A DNA stretch of 64,000 nucleotides, from contig MU058009.1 in the NCBI GenBank assembly GCA_013265495.1, positions 1,056,001 through 1,120,000 on the forward strand, given 5' to 3'. Below, in pieces: positions 23,728 through 37,999 of the stretch (position 1 is its first letter; each line of letters starts with the position of its first letter). The notes under the pieces were generated by a model. That model saw nothing but the letters and a program-made list of their open reading frames with translations. It did not search any database and was not told where the DNA came from. Source of the DNA: Vicugna vicugna. Lineage: Eukaryota. Made by a program: the position numbers and the translations under genes.

Positions 23728-24199
23728 ACAAACAATGAATCCACCTCCCCTCCAAGGGAGAGAATTTTTGCTTTCTCTAAGAGGTAGGCAAAAGGGCAGT
23801 CGATTCTATAAACTGCTGCCCCTTTCCTATCTGATAGTTAACTGTGATTGTTTTATGTCTCTCTGTAATTATTTATTGTAAATTGCTGGAGTAAATAATG
23901 TTTTCATTTATCTATCCATGGAGAGCCTGATGCTGAGGCATTGCAGCTAGCTTTCACGAGCCCAATGTACTACACTCAGAGATTCTGGATATGGAACAAA
24001 ATGGAATGAAATAATCATGTCTCTGATTTCTGTTTGGGAAGGAAAGGAAGCAAATGTCTGTGTGTGCTGCTGACTGTTTATGCTAAGAGAGAGAGTTAGA
24101 AGAGGAACTATTTGGAATTAGGTTTTATGCAGATGATGTTGTAGTCTGCCAGACTTTACTCCTAAGGGAAGCAACCAGTCCCCCACTGCAGGACCGTCT

Positions 24200-24705
24200 A
24201 TCTCGGCCCCACGCCTTACACCCACCACAGGTGTGTAGCCTCAGCTGGACCACCCATCGTACCTGGATGAAGCATGCAATGCATTGCTCCATGACTAGAG
24301 TGACTAAAGTGATGGGGAGGGGTATGGAGATACCCAGAGCAGGTACAATCATGTGCTTATTTGAGAAGATACAGACGTTTGAAGGCAGAAGCTCTGTTCA
24401 TTTAGATTGGCAGGCATGATGGGTACAGGCCTGTTGTTTTTAATAGCCATCTTTTCTAACATATGGAAAGAACCAGTCTGAGAATAAATCCAACATATAG
24501 AGAGAAGCGGAGCCAAGAGGAAAAGAGAAGTAAACATCATGACATCATTTGCACTCCTATATCCATCCTTGCCTAACGGTTTCTAACTTTATAATTATAC
24601 GATACAATAATCCATCGACTGGCCTCAGCTTCTTCTTGTTTTGTTTTGTTTGTTTGTTTGTTTGTTTTTAACTTAAAAAACCAGAACAGAGTCTTGACTA
24701 ATATA
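24200..24705 (+). mobile_element. Old MaLR LTR (MLT1K/L-like)
   Basis: gccatcttttct...gtctgagaataaatccaac...gagaagcggagccaagag...gagtcttgactaatata. Confidence 0.6.
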
Positions 24706-25699
24706 ATACCTGAGTAAAATACATGGGGAACGATTGTCAAAATAATGACATAATGGTAAATGGAAGACCAAATAATGTTTTATTATCCGGGATTTCAACC
24801 TCCAATCTCAACACAACAACTTTAGTAACCTGGCTTGTGTGCTGAATGGAGAATCATGTTTCTTGTGATAATCAGGTAAAAACTGATTTTGTCCACCTTC
24901 CACCATCAAATGTAGGCATCTGATCGTGGCACCCCGATTCACAAAAAGACAAAATTCAATGCATACCCATTGCACAAAGTTAAATAAGCAAAAAAGACGC
25001 ATTTTTTCCCTCTGTAAGTTATTTACAGTCCCAAATTAATCCACTGGTAAACATGAGCAAATCAGTATCTATAAATATGGATGCTCAAAGAAGGAATTAA
25101 AAAAGTGAGTTAGAGAAAGCTGATTTCTCTGGAGTCTAATATATATGTGAAAAGCAGATGATGGATCTGATCTCAATACAAACACTAACTTTATAGATCA
25201 GAGATTAGATCAGGTACCTGCCCAGAAATTCCAGAAAATGAGTATGAAGCTAACACATTTGTTACACCAAATATTTGGCTCTGTCTGTTATATGTACCTA
25301 CAGACTGGAGTTTGGATTCATTAAAAAAGAATCCTCTGTTCCTCATCTGAGTAAAATAAGATAATCTCTAAAATTCTGCCTTTAAAATATTCATTACCGT
25401 TTTGAAATTACACGCGATATATGGGTAAATCATTTGGCTAGGTGCGAGACACAGGGATTTGGCCAAGTGTTTCCCTCGGAACTGTAGTCCGGAATGAGTC
25501 CACGGCTCCCAGCTCCCAACCGCTGACACCCCAGTGCTCTCTGCAGACCTCGTTGCCAGGGTGTTTGGTGCTGAGGTACAAAAGCAGGATAGGATGCTTT
25601 GTGACAGGGACCCATTTGGATGATTAGCAACATTACCATTTACATCATGCTCCAAATAGAAAATTCTAGTGCCCTTTTCAATGACACTTCTCTCTTGAG

Positions 25700-26205
25700 T
25701 AACTTCTGTTAGCTTTCCACTGCTTACTGCCTTCAGTTGGTCTCACAGAGTCTGTTAACTATGTCCCAACATGTAATTTCAGTCTCATCTTCAGCCACCC
25801 ACGAACGTTACATCCCTGCCAAACAGTTTCCTTCCCACATCAGGCGCTTTCACATTCTATTCTCACTACCTAGAATTCTCTTGGCCGTATTTCTCTACCG
25901 AGACAATTTCTATTTATTATTCAGGAGACAACTTACATCGCACCTCTGGAGTGAAGCCATTCTTCCCTTGCTCGTTATTATTAAGTTCTGATTTAGAGAT
26001 TTACTTGTATCTTATAAGGTCCATACTGCATCATACTGCAATTTATTTATTCACTTCATTTATTTATTTATTTACATATCTGTCTCCCGCTAAGCTCTCA
26101 TTTCCTCAACGTCTGCAGGATGTTTTGGTCTTTGCATCACCCTGTGTGATATCTGACCCTTAAGAGAGACTTGATAGGATTTGCTGAATTAATTAATTAA
26201 TTAAT
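25700..26205 (+). mobile_element. L2 3' region
   Basis: Degenerate L2 phrases ending in ttgctgaattaattaatt. Confidence 0.6.
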
Positions 26206-26651
26206 TTAAGAATCCGTAAAGCACAGACAGTTTTGAAAAGGATCAAGGGGCATGGCTAACCACACTGAGATGAAATGAAAATGAAACAGAGCGAGATCCA
26301 AGAAAAAGAGATCAAAGAACAAGGTTAAGTGTCCCAGAAAATCTTATCATCAAATGAATCCAAAATAGTAGCTACTGAAACCTGCTGTGTGCAAAGCATT
26401 TTCGTTTGCCCAAAATGTTCATTCTCTGATAACTTTAAAATTTAATTATGGTGGTCTGATTTAAATACAATGGTTAGATGGAAATATAATGGAAAACAGA
26501 TGATAATTGTTCACGGTAGATCAGCAAAGAGTGAGCATGGCCAGAACAGGTTTTCATAAAGGAAGCAGTTATTCATGGAGGGGCAAGGGGAATTTATGTA
26601 GAATCATTAAATAGATGATATTAGAGTTGGAAAAATCTTCAATGATCCTCT

Positions 26652-26766
26652 GAAATGTAAGCTCCATGACCACAGAAACTCTGTCTGGAGTGTTTGCTAT
26701 CTTATTCTCATTTTCCAGAACTATACCTGGACATGGCAGGTGCACAGTAAATACTTATTGAGTGAA
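26652..26766 (+). mobile_element. L2 3' end
   Basis: aatgtaagctccatgaccacagaaactctgtc...cctggacatggcaggtgcacagtaaatacttattgagtgaa. Confidence 0.8.
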
Positions 26767-26824
26767 AGAGCGCCCTCATTTTATCTGGGAGCCTGCTAAT
26801 GTCCTAACATAAGTGAGATTACGG

Positions 26825-27030
26825 GAGAGTGGCTGGCTCAGGTTCTCTAGAATTAGAATGCTTGGCTTCCAGGCACAACTTCATCACTTTCCCAACCTCT
26901 CTGCACCTCGGCTTTTTAATCTATAAAATGAATGTAGTAAAGGTATCTTTTTTTGGTAACACTGTACGAGCTCTTATATAGTGCTCAGTGTACAGTGGAT
27001 GCCCGTTAAATATTGTCTGTTACTATTAAG
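26825..27030 (+). mobile_element. MIR SINE
   Basis: MIR core aacctctctgcacctcggctttttaatctataaaatg. Confidence 0.7.
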
Positions 27031-29209
27031 TCACAATGATAATCAATGACAGGGATTGAACAGAATCCAGGACTACTGGTTCCCAGTTCAGACTCATTCA
27101 AGTGGATTTGGAAACCTATTTCTTCATGAGGAAAAAACAAAGTTTCAATTGGGTTGCATAGTTATCTATTGAGATGGACTAAAACGACTCCCTTTGATAA
27201 ACAGGGAATGGAACTGCTCTTTAAAGTGAAATTCTACCGCCTATAAATGCCTGCGGTGGCTCTGGGTCATTTTAATTTTCTCTCATCTTCTTTCTGTCAT
27301 CCCTTACCTGCCTCATCAGGAACACAGTGACTCAGACATAGTGATGCTGAAAGAGCAACCATCTTGCCTGAGTGTGGTACCTTGGCTGAGATAAAGAATG
27401 AAAACAAAGGACGGGTGAGTGAAGCCCAGAGACTTGACCTAAAAAGTGTGAAGGTCTTGGGCAACCTCACTCAGATATGAACTGAAGGTTTGAAGGAGCC
27501 GTGATGCGTTGTACTTGATATCGAGACAACTGAAATATCCGATACGAGCCACAAAGGAGGAGTTCCACGTTTGTCAGAAATGACAAAAGGAAGGGGAAGA
27601 CAGATGAAAGTCATGAGGAAAACTGTAACAGCAGATGCTTTATAAATTTGAGGGAATAGATTTTATGGAAAAAAATAGACTTTGAATAAGATTTTGTATT
27701 ACTACACATTTGAACGGTGCTTGCTTTGCATAATAAATGAGAAGGTAAGCACTCTGCGATTTCCTGTTTTTGAAGGAAAGTGTATTTTAAAAGCTCATTA
27801 AAAGGTAACCTAGACTAGCTGGACATCAGAAAGCTCCCAGAAGCCAAAATATTGATGATTTAAGCATAAATGAGTCAGAGATGTGTGGTTGCAAGTTTCT
27901 TTTAAACGAATGGGAAAAAAGTGCTCCTGGCAAAACCCATTTTGCAATTCTACTGGACCGGAACCAGAACCTCTGAGGCACATATCACCTGGAGCCATGT
28001 TGAAGGAGACAGCAAGGTGCTGGCAGAGGAGAGAGGAAAATGGAAGAGATTTACTTGGCTATGTGTCTTTTCTTCAATTCTCTGACTAAGAGACTTATTC
28101 TGAAGATAACGATTCTCCATCTGGCAGGAATATGACAAAGTAGATTTGTTAGGTATTTTGCAGTTCTGTGAGAAACACGTTTTGAACAGAGCTCTGAGGA
28201 TTGCAAACCCTTAGTAATAGCATTATTGTAATAAAATATGAGGTAACCCACTCTTAATTTCAGCTTTCTGAAGATCAAGACAATTAGTAACAGTTCAGTT
28301 AATTTCAAATTGGTGTCTTAGAAACTTTAGACATTATTTTTACAGCCAGCATAGGAGACTTAGAAGAACACAGAGCCTGTCAGTGATTATTCAAACTGGG
28401 AATGGAGTTTAAAAACATTTTTTAATGTTCTGTTTCCTACGTTGAGTTGAGTTTTTATTTGAGAGCGAAAGATGTTACCCTGATGAGATCATGAGACTTT
28501 ATCTAATTGGATTTGATTATGACTGTGATCAAGAAACATGTATTTTCCCTTTTGGAAGTTCCAAGTGGCAGAGAATTTCAGGAACTGAGAATACACACTG
28601 GCGATTTTCAGTACAGACACAAAGAGATTAGTATTGAGGTTAAACCTGTTCTTCACACAGTATTTAAATGACTTATGTGATGAAGTCGGACCCCAAAGGG
28701 CATCTTAATTTGCTAATAATGGAAAACCACATGGAGGATCAACCCCATCCCATTGACGTTGAAGGGATTTAGCAGGATTTGTGCAGATTAGAAATGGTAA
28801 GTATCAAGGAACAGATGTCATTCCCTCCCAGTTTCATCAAATGGCAAAATGAGTTTATCGTACAAGAAGGCATGAGGATGTCATTCCAGAGGCAGATGGA
28901 TGGGGAGGAAGCAGAGGTAATGGTCAAACCTGAACAACAGAAAAAAGATATATAGTAGGATCAAATTTACTTTCTCTTGATTGTTTAAAATAGATATGTA
29001 TTTTTAAGACTGTAATCTGATCAGGTATTTTAAATCTATTTTCCTGAAGAAAAATTGATATATTAATAACCTGGCCCATATTTAGCACTCAATTAATATT
29101 GTTGATTGAATGAGATTTGTAAAATATTTTTAGAGTTTTACTTAGCTTTAGAAGAAATTAAAGAGACATTTAGAATGACTTTTGTAAGTCAAGTGGTATG
29201 ACATATTAC

Positions 29210-29960
29210 TTAAGGTAATATTAGCTGCTATAACCAACAACCCCTCACCCCCAAATTTAGTATGGTCAAACTCATAGGTTTTTGAGTCTGAAACAGGTGT
29301 TCCTAATTGGTGAGCAGCTCTCCTTGTGGCTGTTCTTCACAGACCTAGGCTTCTTTGACCTTTTGGTCTTGACATCTCTTAAGGCCTTGAGTCCTCTGCT
29401 GAATCTTCCCCATCCAGGTGGGAGAAGAGAGAGTGCAGAAGTCACACCTGTGTGGTCGCTTCAACCTGTAATTGGCATACTTCACTTCTGCTCATATCCA
29501 TTAGCAAGAACTAGTTACATGCCTCAGATTATGCAAAAGAAGCTGGGAAATATATTTCTTAAGTGGGCAACCATTTCTCAGCCAAAAAAAAAAAGCATGA
29601 ATCGTTGTTGACAGTTGTCTCTGCAACGGTTCATCCCTTTGATCACCAAATATGCATGGGTACATTTTTCCCCACGCATAGACAGTATCACCCACCAAGG
29701 GGGACAACCCCAAATCAAACCCAATTTCTGCTTCCTGTTCAAAGTCCAGGATCTCTCTATCAGGTCCATATATGGCTTTTCTGATCTGGTAACTTATCAA
29801 CCAAAATATTTCATCTGTTCCCTAAATATCTCCTAATATAAAAAGATGGAGCAAAACCAATATAAGGAAATAAAAATTCCCTTTTTTAAAGGAACGAATA
29901 GGACACCCAGGGCAGTCACCAATCCATAACAATGATAAACTGCTTTAGGGCAGACATTTT
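29210..29960 (-). mobile_element. MLT1J-like LTR plus adjoining internal sequence
   Basis: ttagctgctataaccaacaacccc...cacttctgctcatatccattagcaagaactagttacatg (LTR), then aaagtccaggatctct...aaaattcccttttt (internal-like). Confidence 0.75.
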
Positions 29961-32249
29961 AAGAGTAGAATGACCTTTTTTCTAATTTAATATCATATTT
30001 ATAATTTAATGCCAGAGATAAAAATCTGGATATTTTGATATTTGACATGTGACTGAAACTAGGAAACCAGTACGTCCTTAGATTACAGTGAGAAATACTT
30101 CATTAGACCAGATCGCTTTTCAAATTTATATTAAAGCGTGACACGCACCCTCGCACATACACAGTCTTGTACACACAGACACACATAGAGACACCTTTGT
30201 AGCACTGAAAAATAATGATGTAGTGGGCATCTAATGGCATCATAATTTATTGGTCCAATTTCTAAATCAGTCTCTTAGGTGGTAATAATATAAAGTATGA
30301 TAAAAAGGAACGAACAATTTATAGTGACACCAGAACCCCAAATATGATATTCCAAGCTAACCTTTCCTCTTTGCCATGCTGGATTCCTTCATGGGGCAAC
30401 TGGGAAGTCTCTTACTAGTTTATTAACTGTCAGACACTTTCATCCAGAGGGATTTACACCACAGCCATTTCTAATTCAGCAGCACTTAATCAGCCAGGAA
30501 ACTCTAAAAATGCAAACACATTTTTTACAGCATTTCCAACTTTCCTCTGAAATCGGTGCCAGTATTTGATGATCTGCCCTAACAGAAAGGAGTAGGGATG
30601 CAGGGAGATCCCAAAGTCATTCATATTTGGCTTTCAAGTATAATAATAATTTTTCAGATTTTCCCCCTTTTTCATGTGGTTTTACTTGGCCTAATATTAA
30701 AATGAATTTGTGTTTCCAGGAAGACAACCTCATTGGGTGTCAAGAAGAAAAACTGTTCAATATTAAAATTTTGTGATGGATAATCTGCAATGTAGAAAAC
30801 CTACCATGTGGTAATTGAAAATTGATAAAGCTAAACTGATTTTTATTTGGAGAAAAAAATTCTTGTGCTCTTTGGGTGGAAACCGTGTTCATTATTTGAT
30901 TCAGTTAAGTCATTATCACAGAAAAAGTCAGAGCCACCTCAGCATATAAATGTCTCGAAGTTATGTCCTAAATTTTCCCACCTATTACTGACTTGCTCAG
31001 AGAAACTGAGTAGTTCTTTTTCTTGAATGTGAAAGCAAATGGCAGTCATCCCTCCAACGTACATGTGTTTGAGTGTTGAGAACTTCCTAGTTTGGATAAA
31101 CTCTGCTCGACTCATGTCAGAAAGCACAGGGAAAGGAGTAAGATCAGAAAAACTTGGCAGATTGGCTTATAGGAGGGGATATTTTATCTGTGCGAGCTTG
31201 CTACCATTTCCACTCCATCGTTCCCCTTGAAAGGGAGAGTCGGCACTGGTTTCAGGTGTCTGATGTTCTGGGAAAGAGATCGTGTCTCTTTTCATCACAG
31301 AATCCTCTATCAATGCAAGAGAAACAGGATAGCTAAGACTTTCACTGGAGAGATATTTGGAGGTTGAATTCTGGAATATCTAGGATTATTAATGTCTGAT
31401 GCTTTCCAGAAAATGGGTAGTCTGTAATATCAGTTTCTGCTATAGTCATGGCACACGAGTGGAGTCCCTCTGCCCGGGCCAACCAACTTCTAGTTTTCTG
31501 ATTCCACCAAATCTGAATTAGGAGACAAAGACGATGTAGGACTGGAAGGCCAGTTTCTCCTGCTTCCCATTGATATTTGTATTCCCATGCTTGAAGTTTT
31601 CCCTGCTGCATGGAAAAAGAAAGGGTTGCACACAGCATGGCATACCCTAAATCAGTGAAAAAATGGCGAAAAATGAGATGAAAAAAGAAGTAACATATGA
31701 GTGGCCACGTGTGGCTGTTGGACAACTCAGTATGAAGCTAGTAAGTCTCGCCGTGGCATATTTTATCCTCATAATGGGAGAATCGCCTCTAACTGAACTT
31801 GCAGTTATTGGGGACCTTATGCAGGAGTAAGGGTCCCCTGCCTTTTTTCCCGTTAGCATATCGCCACACATACTCATTTCAACGCTAATTCAAGAACAGC
31901 CAAAGCTGAAGATGCTGAAAAGTCAAAACCAGGAAAACCCCACCAAATGGGAAAGTATGCCAATGCAAAGGCAAATGAATTATTCACACACTGTGCAGGT
32001 TTCCTTATTTTTTTCTTAAAAAGAGAGAGAAATATCTAAGGAATAGAAGTTGTTAAACATTGGAACAGATTAAAGAAATGGCGGCAGAATTTCTTCAGCA
32101 GTTCATTAGGCACGGATGAATTCTTGCTGACTTCACAAATTTGCAATGGAACTCTAGGGGGCTAGGATAGAGAACTTTAGAGGTCCCTTTGGCTATTTAC
32201 TTGTTGAATTTGATAATATCTTGGCCATTTAATATGCACTTCATTTATT

Positions 32250-32251
<2 letters not shown>

Positions 32252-32282
<31 letters not shown>
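32252..32282. repeat. (GT)n microsatellite
   Basis: Perfect GT run, directly visible. Confidence 0.97.
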
Positions 32283-32284
<2 letters not shown>

Positions 32285-33029
32285 CAGGGTGATATTAATG
32301 AAGTCCACACTGTCAGGGCTTACATTCCGGGAAGCCAGAGTTAGAGTGGGTGGTCTGTGAAAGGTGGCCAGGAGCAGAAAGAGCCAGCAGAGATTTCCAG
32401 AACCTCTGACGTTGGTGTTTAAGACAGGTAGCGAAGAGAACTCTCCAGTCTAAGGATATCAGAGGAACTAGAATCTACAGACAAAGCCCAGACAGAATGT
32501 GAGCATCTTAAGAACTAAGGGCCAGTCTTGAGTGACCTCCCTGAGTGAGCGTGGAGCCAATGATACATGAACGAAGCAGGTTAGACATTTTAGAGTCCCC
32601 AGGAAAGATGTGGAACTCTTTTTAAGTACCATGCTGCAAAACTTTTAACTGAACACAAGCCATTCCTTTACAAGTTAGGTTTTCAAAGTGTCTGTTCATT
32701 GCACTGCTGGGAAAATGTAGGGGGAAATAAGACAAATGTGTCAAAGATCCAGGTGGAATAGTGAGTATTTTTAGCAGTGAATGGGAGACAAGAAAGAGAT
32801 GAAAAGAAGTCCAACAGGAGAAAAACGAAAACATATGACTCCAGAAAATGTGTGAAAAGACAAATGGGAAGTAGAGAACATTGTTGGGAGTCCCATAGCT
32901 GGAACTACATTGATGTGGCCACCAACAATAATGAGCCTTAGGGGACAGCTCTAAAGAGCAAGAATTCCTCCCGAGAAGGAGGGAAGGTAAACAGAGCTGC
33001 AAATGAAGTAACCAGCCAAAGATTAAGAA

Positions 33030-33235
33030 TAACTAATATTTAAGTCCTGTGTAGTTTACAAATGCTCTAAAATATAGCCTCTCTTTGGAAATTCCCTTGT
33101 GCCATGCAGGTAAAATGGTACATTTTTTAGCTATTTTCAGATTTAAGTGATTTGCCCAAAGTCATGCAGTCAACAAATGGTAGAATTGGGTTTCAAGCTC
33201 AAGTCCTCTGACTGTAATTCTCCTGTTCTTTTCTA
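33030..33235 (-). mobile_element. MIR SINE
   Basis: ttaagtgatttgcccaaagtcatgcag...tggtagaattgggtttcaagctcaagtcctctgact. Confidence 0.75.
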
Positions 33236-34849
33236 ACAGAGGTACATAAGCATAATAGAGTATGAACACATTTTAAGATGAAATTCAGAGTATTTCAACA
33301 GGAACGTGTCTGCAATTGTTCCAATAGACACGGAAAAATAAGCTCGGGGTCATTAAGATGTTTTAATGCTGTCCAGGCAAGTGATATGATGTAGTTAAAG
33401 AAAGGGACTCCATGCCCAGATGAGAACCATTTTAGCTGACTTATTCAGCCTGCAAACGTATTGAACCGTAAGGTTCCAAATCTGGAACATCGTATTTCTC
33501 GAAAAAGCATGACCTTGAAACAAGATTCAAGGACTTAGAAGAAAAAGGGCGATGCTTCTTCCTGTTTGACCACATGTGGAAACAGAAACTCTCTACCTTG
33601 GCTATGGTCTGACCCCTTTTCCTGGCAGGCGGTTCCAAGGAATAACATAAAAAGATTATCCTTCAACTATGACTCTGCATATATAAGGTGTATTATGTAG
33701 TATCAGAAAAAAAGTGCATAAAATTCTGGCCTGTACAAATGTCAAAAGCTCAGAGTTGAGAAAATGTTACATCTTAAAGTTTGCATCAATCAGCCTTTGG
33801 ACTTTTCTGTCCTTCATATACTTTAACATCTACATTTTACCAGGTCCATTGATTATTGGTTTGAATCCCAAAGACTGGCTTTAACACAATATATATAGAA
33901 ATGTTTATGTGTAAAAAAATGCATAAAAAATTCTAATATATACCTGTTGCAGCATTCAAGAAGTTCTTTAGTAATTTTAATAGACTACTATCACATTTTA
34001 TTTGTTAACTCATATGTTTCATTATATACCTAATTAGAAATCTTGTTCTCCTCTGATACACCACTTAATGAATCCAATTATCTGATTCTTGAGAACAAAA
34101 TAGGATTTATATGATTAAATACTGTAGATTTTATCGAAGTTTGTCCCTGACAGGCATAGAAGTGCCTCTCATCCTTACAAACAATTTGATGCACAGTATT
34201 GTTTTCAAGAAAAGGGCTCACCATTACTCTTTAGAAATGTTCAGGTTAACTTCTAAAAACGATTAGAAATAAATGCTCAGAAGTACAAAGAATTATTAAT
34301 ACTTACATGTCACTTGACAGTCTCACCATGTATAAAGTAACAAATGTGGTTTCCATGTGCTCATTGAAAGTATACTGGCTCATTAGCTGGCGTGATGGCA
34401 TGAAACTGTGTCCACCTGAGCCTGGAGGAAGCACTCTGGATTATTGTGAATAAATATGAAGTAAGTCCACTTTGGTTTCCCAAGGAAACGCCATGACATA
34501 TTTGTGGTACATGAACCTTTCATAGGTAAATCACTAATTGTATTGCTGTTATTATTTTTACTTTCTATTACCTTTAATGTGATTATTTTTGCATCTAAGA
34601 AAACACGTGGACATACCTTTTAAAAGAAAAAGCAAAAGGTGTTAATGGATTATAGAAATAACAGCAGCAACCAAACCAGCAGTTCTGTGTCCTTATCACT
34701 CCTCCCCCATTTCTTGTCCTACAAGAAACTAATTTCAACCCCTTCGACTGTTTTCATGTTTTTACCGTAATATGTGTATCTATTATATTTATACTACAAT
34801 CTCTTTATTCAGCAAATTTAGCTATAGTTGTAAGATTTTTTACAAAATA

Positions 34850-35960
34850 ATCTTTATCACATTAAGAAACTTCCTATTTTCCTAAGAATGTTAAAAATAT
34901 AGTTTTTAGTAATCATTAAGTGATGTTGAATTCTATTAAATACTTTCTTTGCATTCATTAAGATGATCATTTGGTTTTCTTCTGTATTCTATTAATATAA
35001 TGAATTATGCTGATGGATTTTTTAATGTTGAGACAATTTTGCATTTCTGAAATAAACTTTACTTGGATATTATGCCTTAGTTCTGAATTTAATTTGTTAG
35101 TATTCTGTTTAGAATTTTTCAACTCTAGCCATAAGATAAATTGTCTTTTTTTTTTTCTTTTAAAAATATATCTGTCAGTTTCAGTGTACTTCAAAGTCCT
35201 TTGATGTCCTTAAGTGACTTAAAAATGTACTGGGAAGTGTTCTCTAGCTGTTCTCTGGAAGACTTTATGAAAGGTAAGTGTTAGTTTTTCCATTAAAATT
35301 TGGAAAATTTTACTAGTGAAATCGTCCAAGCCTAAAATTTTTCTTGTAGGAAAATATTAAACTAGAGATCAATCTCTATGTGCATGAAGGAATATTCACT
35401 TTTTCTCCTTCTTATTGTCACTGTTGGCACGTTGCTCTTTATAAGGAATTTACTTATTTTAAACTTTCAAGTGTATTTTCACTAATTCAGATTATCTGAT
35501 ATACTTCACAGTGTCTATAGACCAGTGTGATCCTGATGTCAGTAACATGAGTCATCCCTTCTTCCTGTTCAATCTCATTGAAATTTTTATTATGTTTACT
35601 GGCCTTTTCAGAGAATGAATTTTTAAATTTCATGGTGTTTTTCATTCTGTATTTGCTTTTCAGTTTAAAGGTTTTTGCCCTTAACTTTATTATTTTATTT
35701 CTTCTACTCTATTTGGTTTAATTTCCTCTTCTATTTCTACTTTCTTTATGTAATGTCTATATGACTGATTTGTAGTCTTTCCTACTTTTTAATATATACA
35801 TTTTAGGCATATTTCTAACTACAGCTTTTGCTGCATTCCAAAAGTTTTACTATATTTAATTTTCATTATCCTTCAGTTCAAAATACATCCTAATTTCCAT
35901 TGAGACTTGGAAATACATTACTTAATGCTCAAAACTTTTAGTTTTCATTCTCAATTTCTT
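34850..35960 (-). mobile_element. Old L1 ORF2 remnant
   Basis: Reverse translation QVKFISEMQNCLNIKKSISIIHYINR is equivalent to L1 [26 protein letters not shown]. Confidence 0.85.
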
Positions 35961-36269
35961 TTGTTTGTGTTTCATGTATTTCTGAGGCTGGGAGTGAGAA
36001 AGTATTTTAATTAAAAGTATTTCTGCAATGAATGATAAATTGCTTTTAAAAAATTAACAGAAAAGAGTGACTAGTAAACATAACACTTTCACCCTATTAT
36101 GCCAATTAACTATATAAAAATACTGTCCCAAGATGAAACTCATATTAAATTGAGTTTAAAAGACTGCCAATAATTATGTCAGCAATTAATATTCAGAAAT
36201 TGGCTAACAGACAAGTTAATCTAGAGGGCATGGGAAATGTTCAGTTGTAAATTGCATTTATAGAATCTG

Positions 36270-36630
36270 GGCAAGGAGGAACCGGAGGTACAAACTTCAC
36301 AGATTACAAACTTCCAGTCATAAGATAAATAAATACAAGGAATGTGATGTTAACACTGCTGTCTGACATATAGGAAAATTGTCAAATCCTAAGAATCATT
36401 GCAAGAATATTGTTTGTTTTTCTTTTTATTGTATCTGTATGAGATGACAGAAGTCAAGAAAACCTACTGTGGTTTGGTTTTCACTATATATGTATATGTG
36501 TGTGTGTGTGTGTATAAATACACTGTATATATTTCATAATTTATATAAATCAAATCATCATGGTGTAAACCTGAAACTTAAACAGTGATGTATGGCAACG
36601 TTATTTTTCTATGAAAACTGGGGAAAAAAC
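36270..36630 (+). mobile_element. L1MA-like 3' end
   Basis: acaaacttccagtcataagataaataaatac...aaatcatcatggtgtaaacctgaaacttaaacagtgatgtatg...aaaactggggaaaaaa. Confidence 0.8.
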
Positions 36631-36874
36631 CAAACAGTTAAACTAAGAAGCAAATTACTTTTGATAATGTAGATTAATCATTTGCGATTGACATACTCAA
36701 TCCTGTCCCCACCTTGGGGACAGTGGCAACCAGGTGTGGAGGTGAGGGCAGGGAGCCTGAGACAGTATTTTTTGTTACATTATTTGTGTTGGATGCTGAA
36801 CAGTCACCACTGTGTGAGACCAAATATGAATCCCATAAATTCTATGCATGTAGTACATACACATATGTTACCCT

Positions 36875-37070
36875 GGGTGGCGCTTCCAAGTGAGGTCCAC
36901 GAGTGATGTGCATCAAAATAGCTGGGATGCTGGGACGCTTCTCAATACCGATTCGTAGGCTTCACTCCCAGTGGGCCCCGTCAGGATCTCTGAGCCTGAG
37001 GCCAGGCAATACGCCTCTGGACAATTATTCCAGGTGGTTCTTGTGTACAATAGCATTTGAAAACCACTTG
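36875..37070. mobile_element. hAT-Charlie MITE (MER5-like)
   Basis: Ends ccaggtggttcttgtgtacaatagcatttgaaaaccact and begins gtggcgcttccaagtgaggtcc. Confidence 0.6.
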
Positions 37071-37114
37071 TGGGACAGCGCAGAGCTCAACAATAGAATT
37101 GCTCTATTTGCTGA

Positions 37115-37560
37115 AGGAGCGAAACCCCCAGACGGAGAACAGGGAACCTGCGAATCCCCGCGGTGCGGCTGGTAGACCAGGAGCCGGCTCTTCCTCACTC
37201 AGGCCGCGGCTCCTCTCCCGGCGATGCCTCCTGCTGTCATCGTGACCCGTTCGCAGGGCTGCTCCTTCCGCTCTGTTTGACGGAGAGAGGCTTTCAGGGT
37301 CCCCAGGAGCACGAGAAAATGCGCTTCCTTCCTTACCGCCCACCCACCCTCCCCGACGAACATCATCCTTAAACTCGAGTTGCTTTTCCTCAGGGAACTT
37401 CGCCTCTCCTGCCTTATTCTCAGCCCCAGCCCTGCGGCCCTGGTTACTGGACTTGTGAGTTCGTCTCCGAGGCGATGGGGGCTCTCGACCTTCACGAGGG
37501 TCTCTTTATGCTGCTTTTGCAACATCCGTTCTCACTGAGCCCTGCTCCTCCCATCTCGAG
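37115..37560. promoter_or_regulatory. Small CpG-island-like segment
   Basis: About 31 CpGs counted by eye in about 445 bp of GC-rich sequence, against a CpG-poor background. Confidence 0.6.
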
Positions 37561-37999
37561 AGCAAGTGATGTTCATCCTCTTCCCAACACAGCTCTGCCT
37601 CCCTGGGTTTACGTGTGGCCTGAGTTCAGCACATCCCGGCCTCAGGGTGTAATTCCCTGACATTTTAAAGTGGGCACTCCGCTCTGCTGCAGGTAGGGAG
37701 CCAAAATGACTTTTTACCCTTGTGTGAGGAATACCACAGCTCTTCTGCAGTGCTGACAGAAGGACTGGAGGGGACGGATGGCAGGGGACGCGACGTGGCT
37801 GTGTCCTGATGGAGGCAGAAGTGAGAGGCGTTGGTTTAATTCAATTCTAGGCACAGTTCAGAAAAAGCAGCAGGGAACTGGATAAAGGCCTCGGACTGTA
37901 GGCATCTAAAAATAAGTCCTCTTTGTCCTTGTAATTGAACTTGCTGAAGACGCAGCGCGGAATATTCACTAAGCATGTGGGCTGTGGTGTCTGTCAGCT

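Noticed and set aside
30720..30810. Possible coding exon
   Set aside because: Stops in all three frames and a weak donor site.
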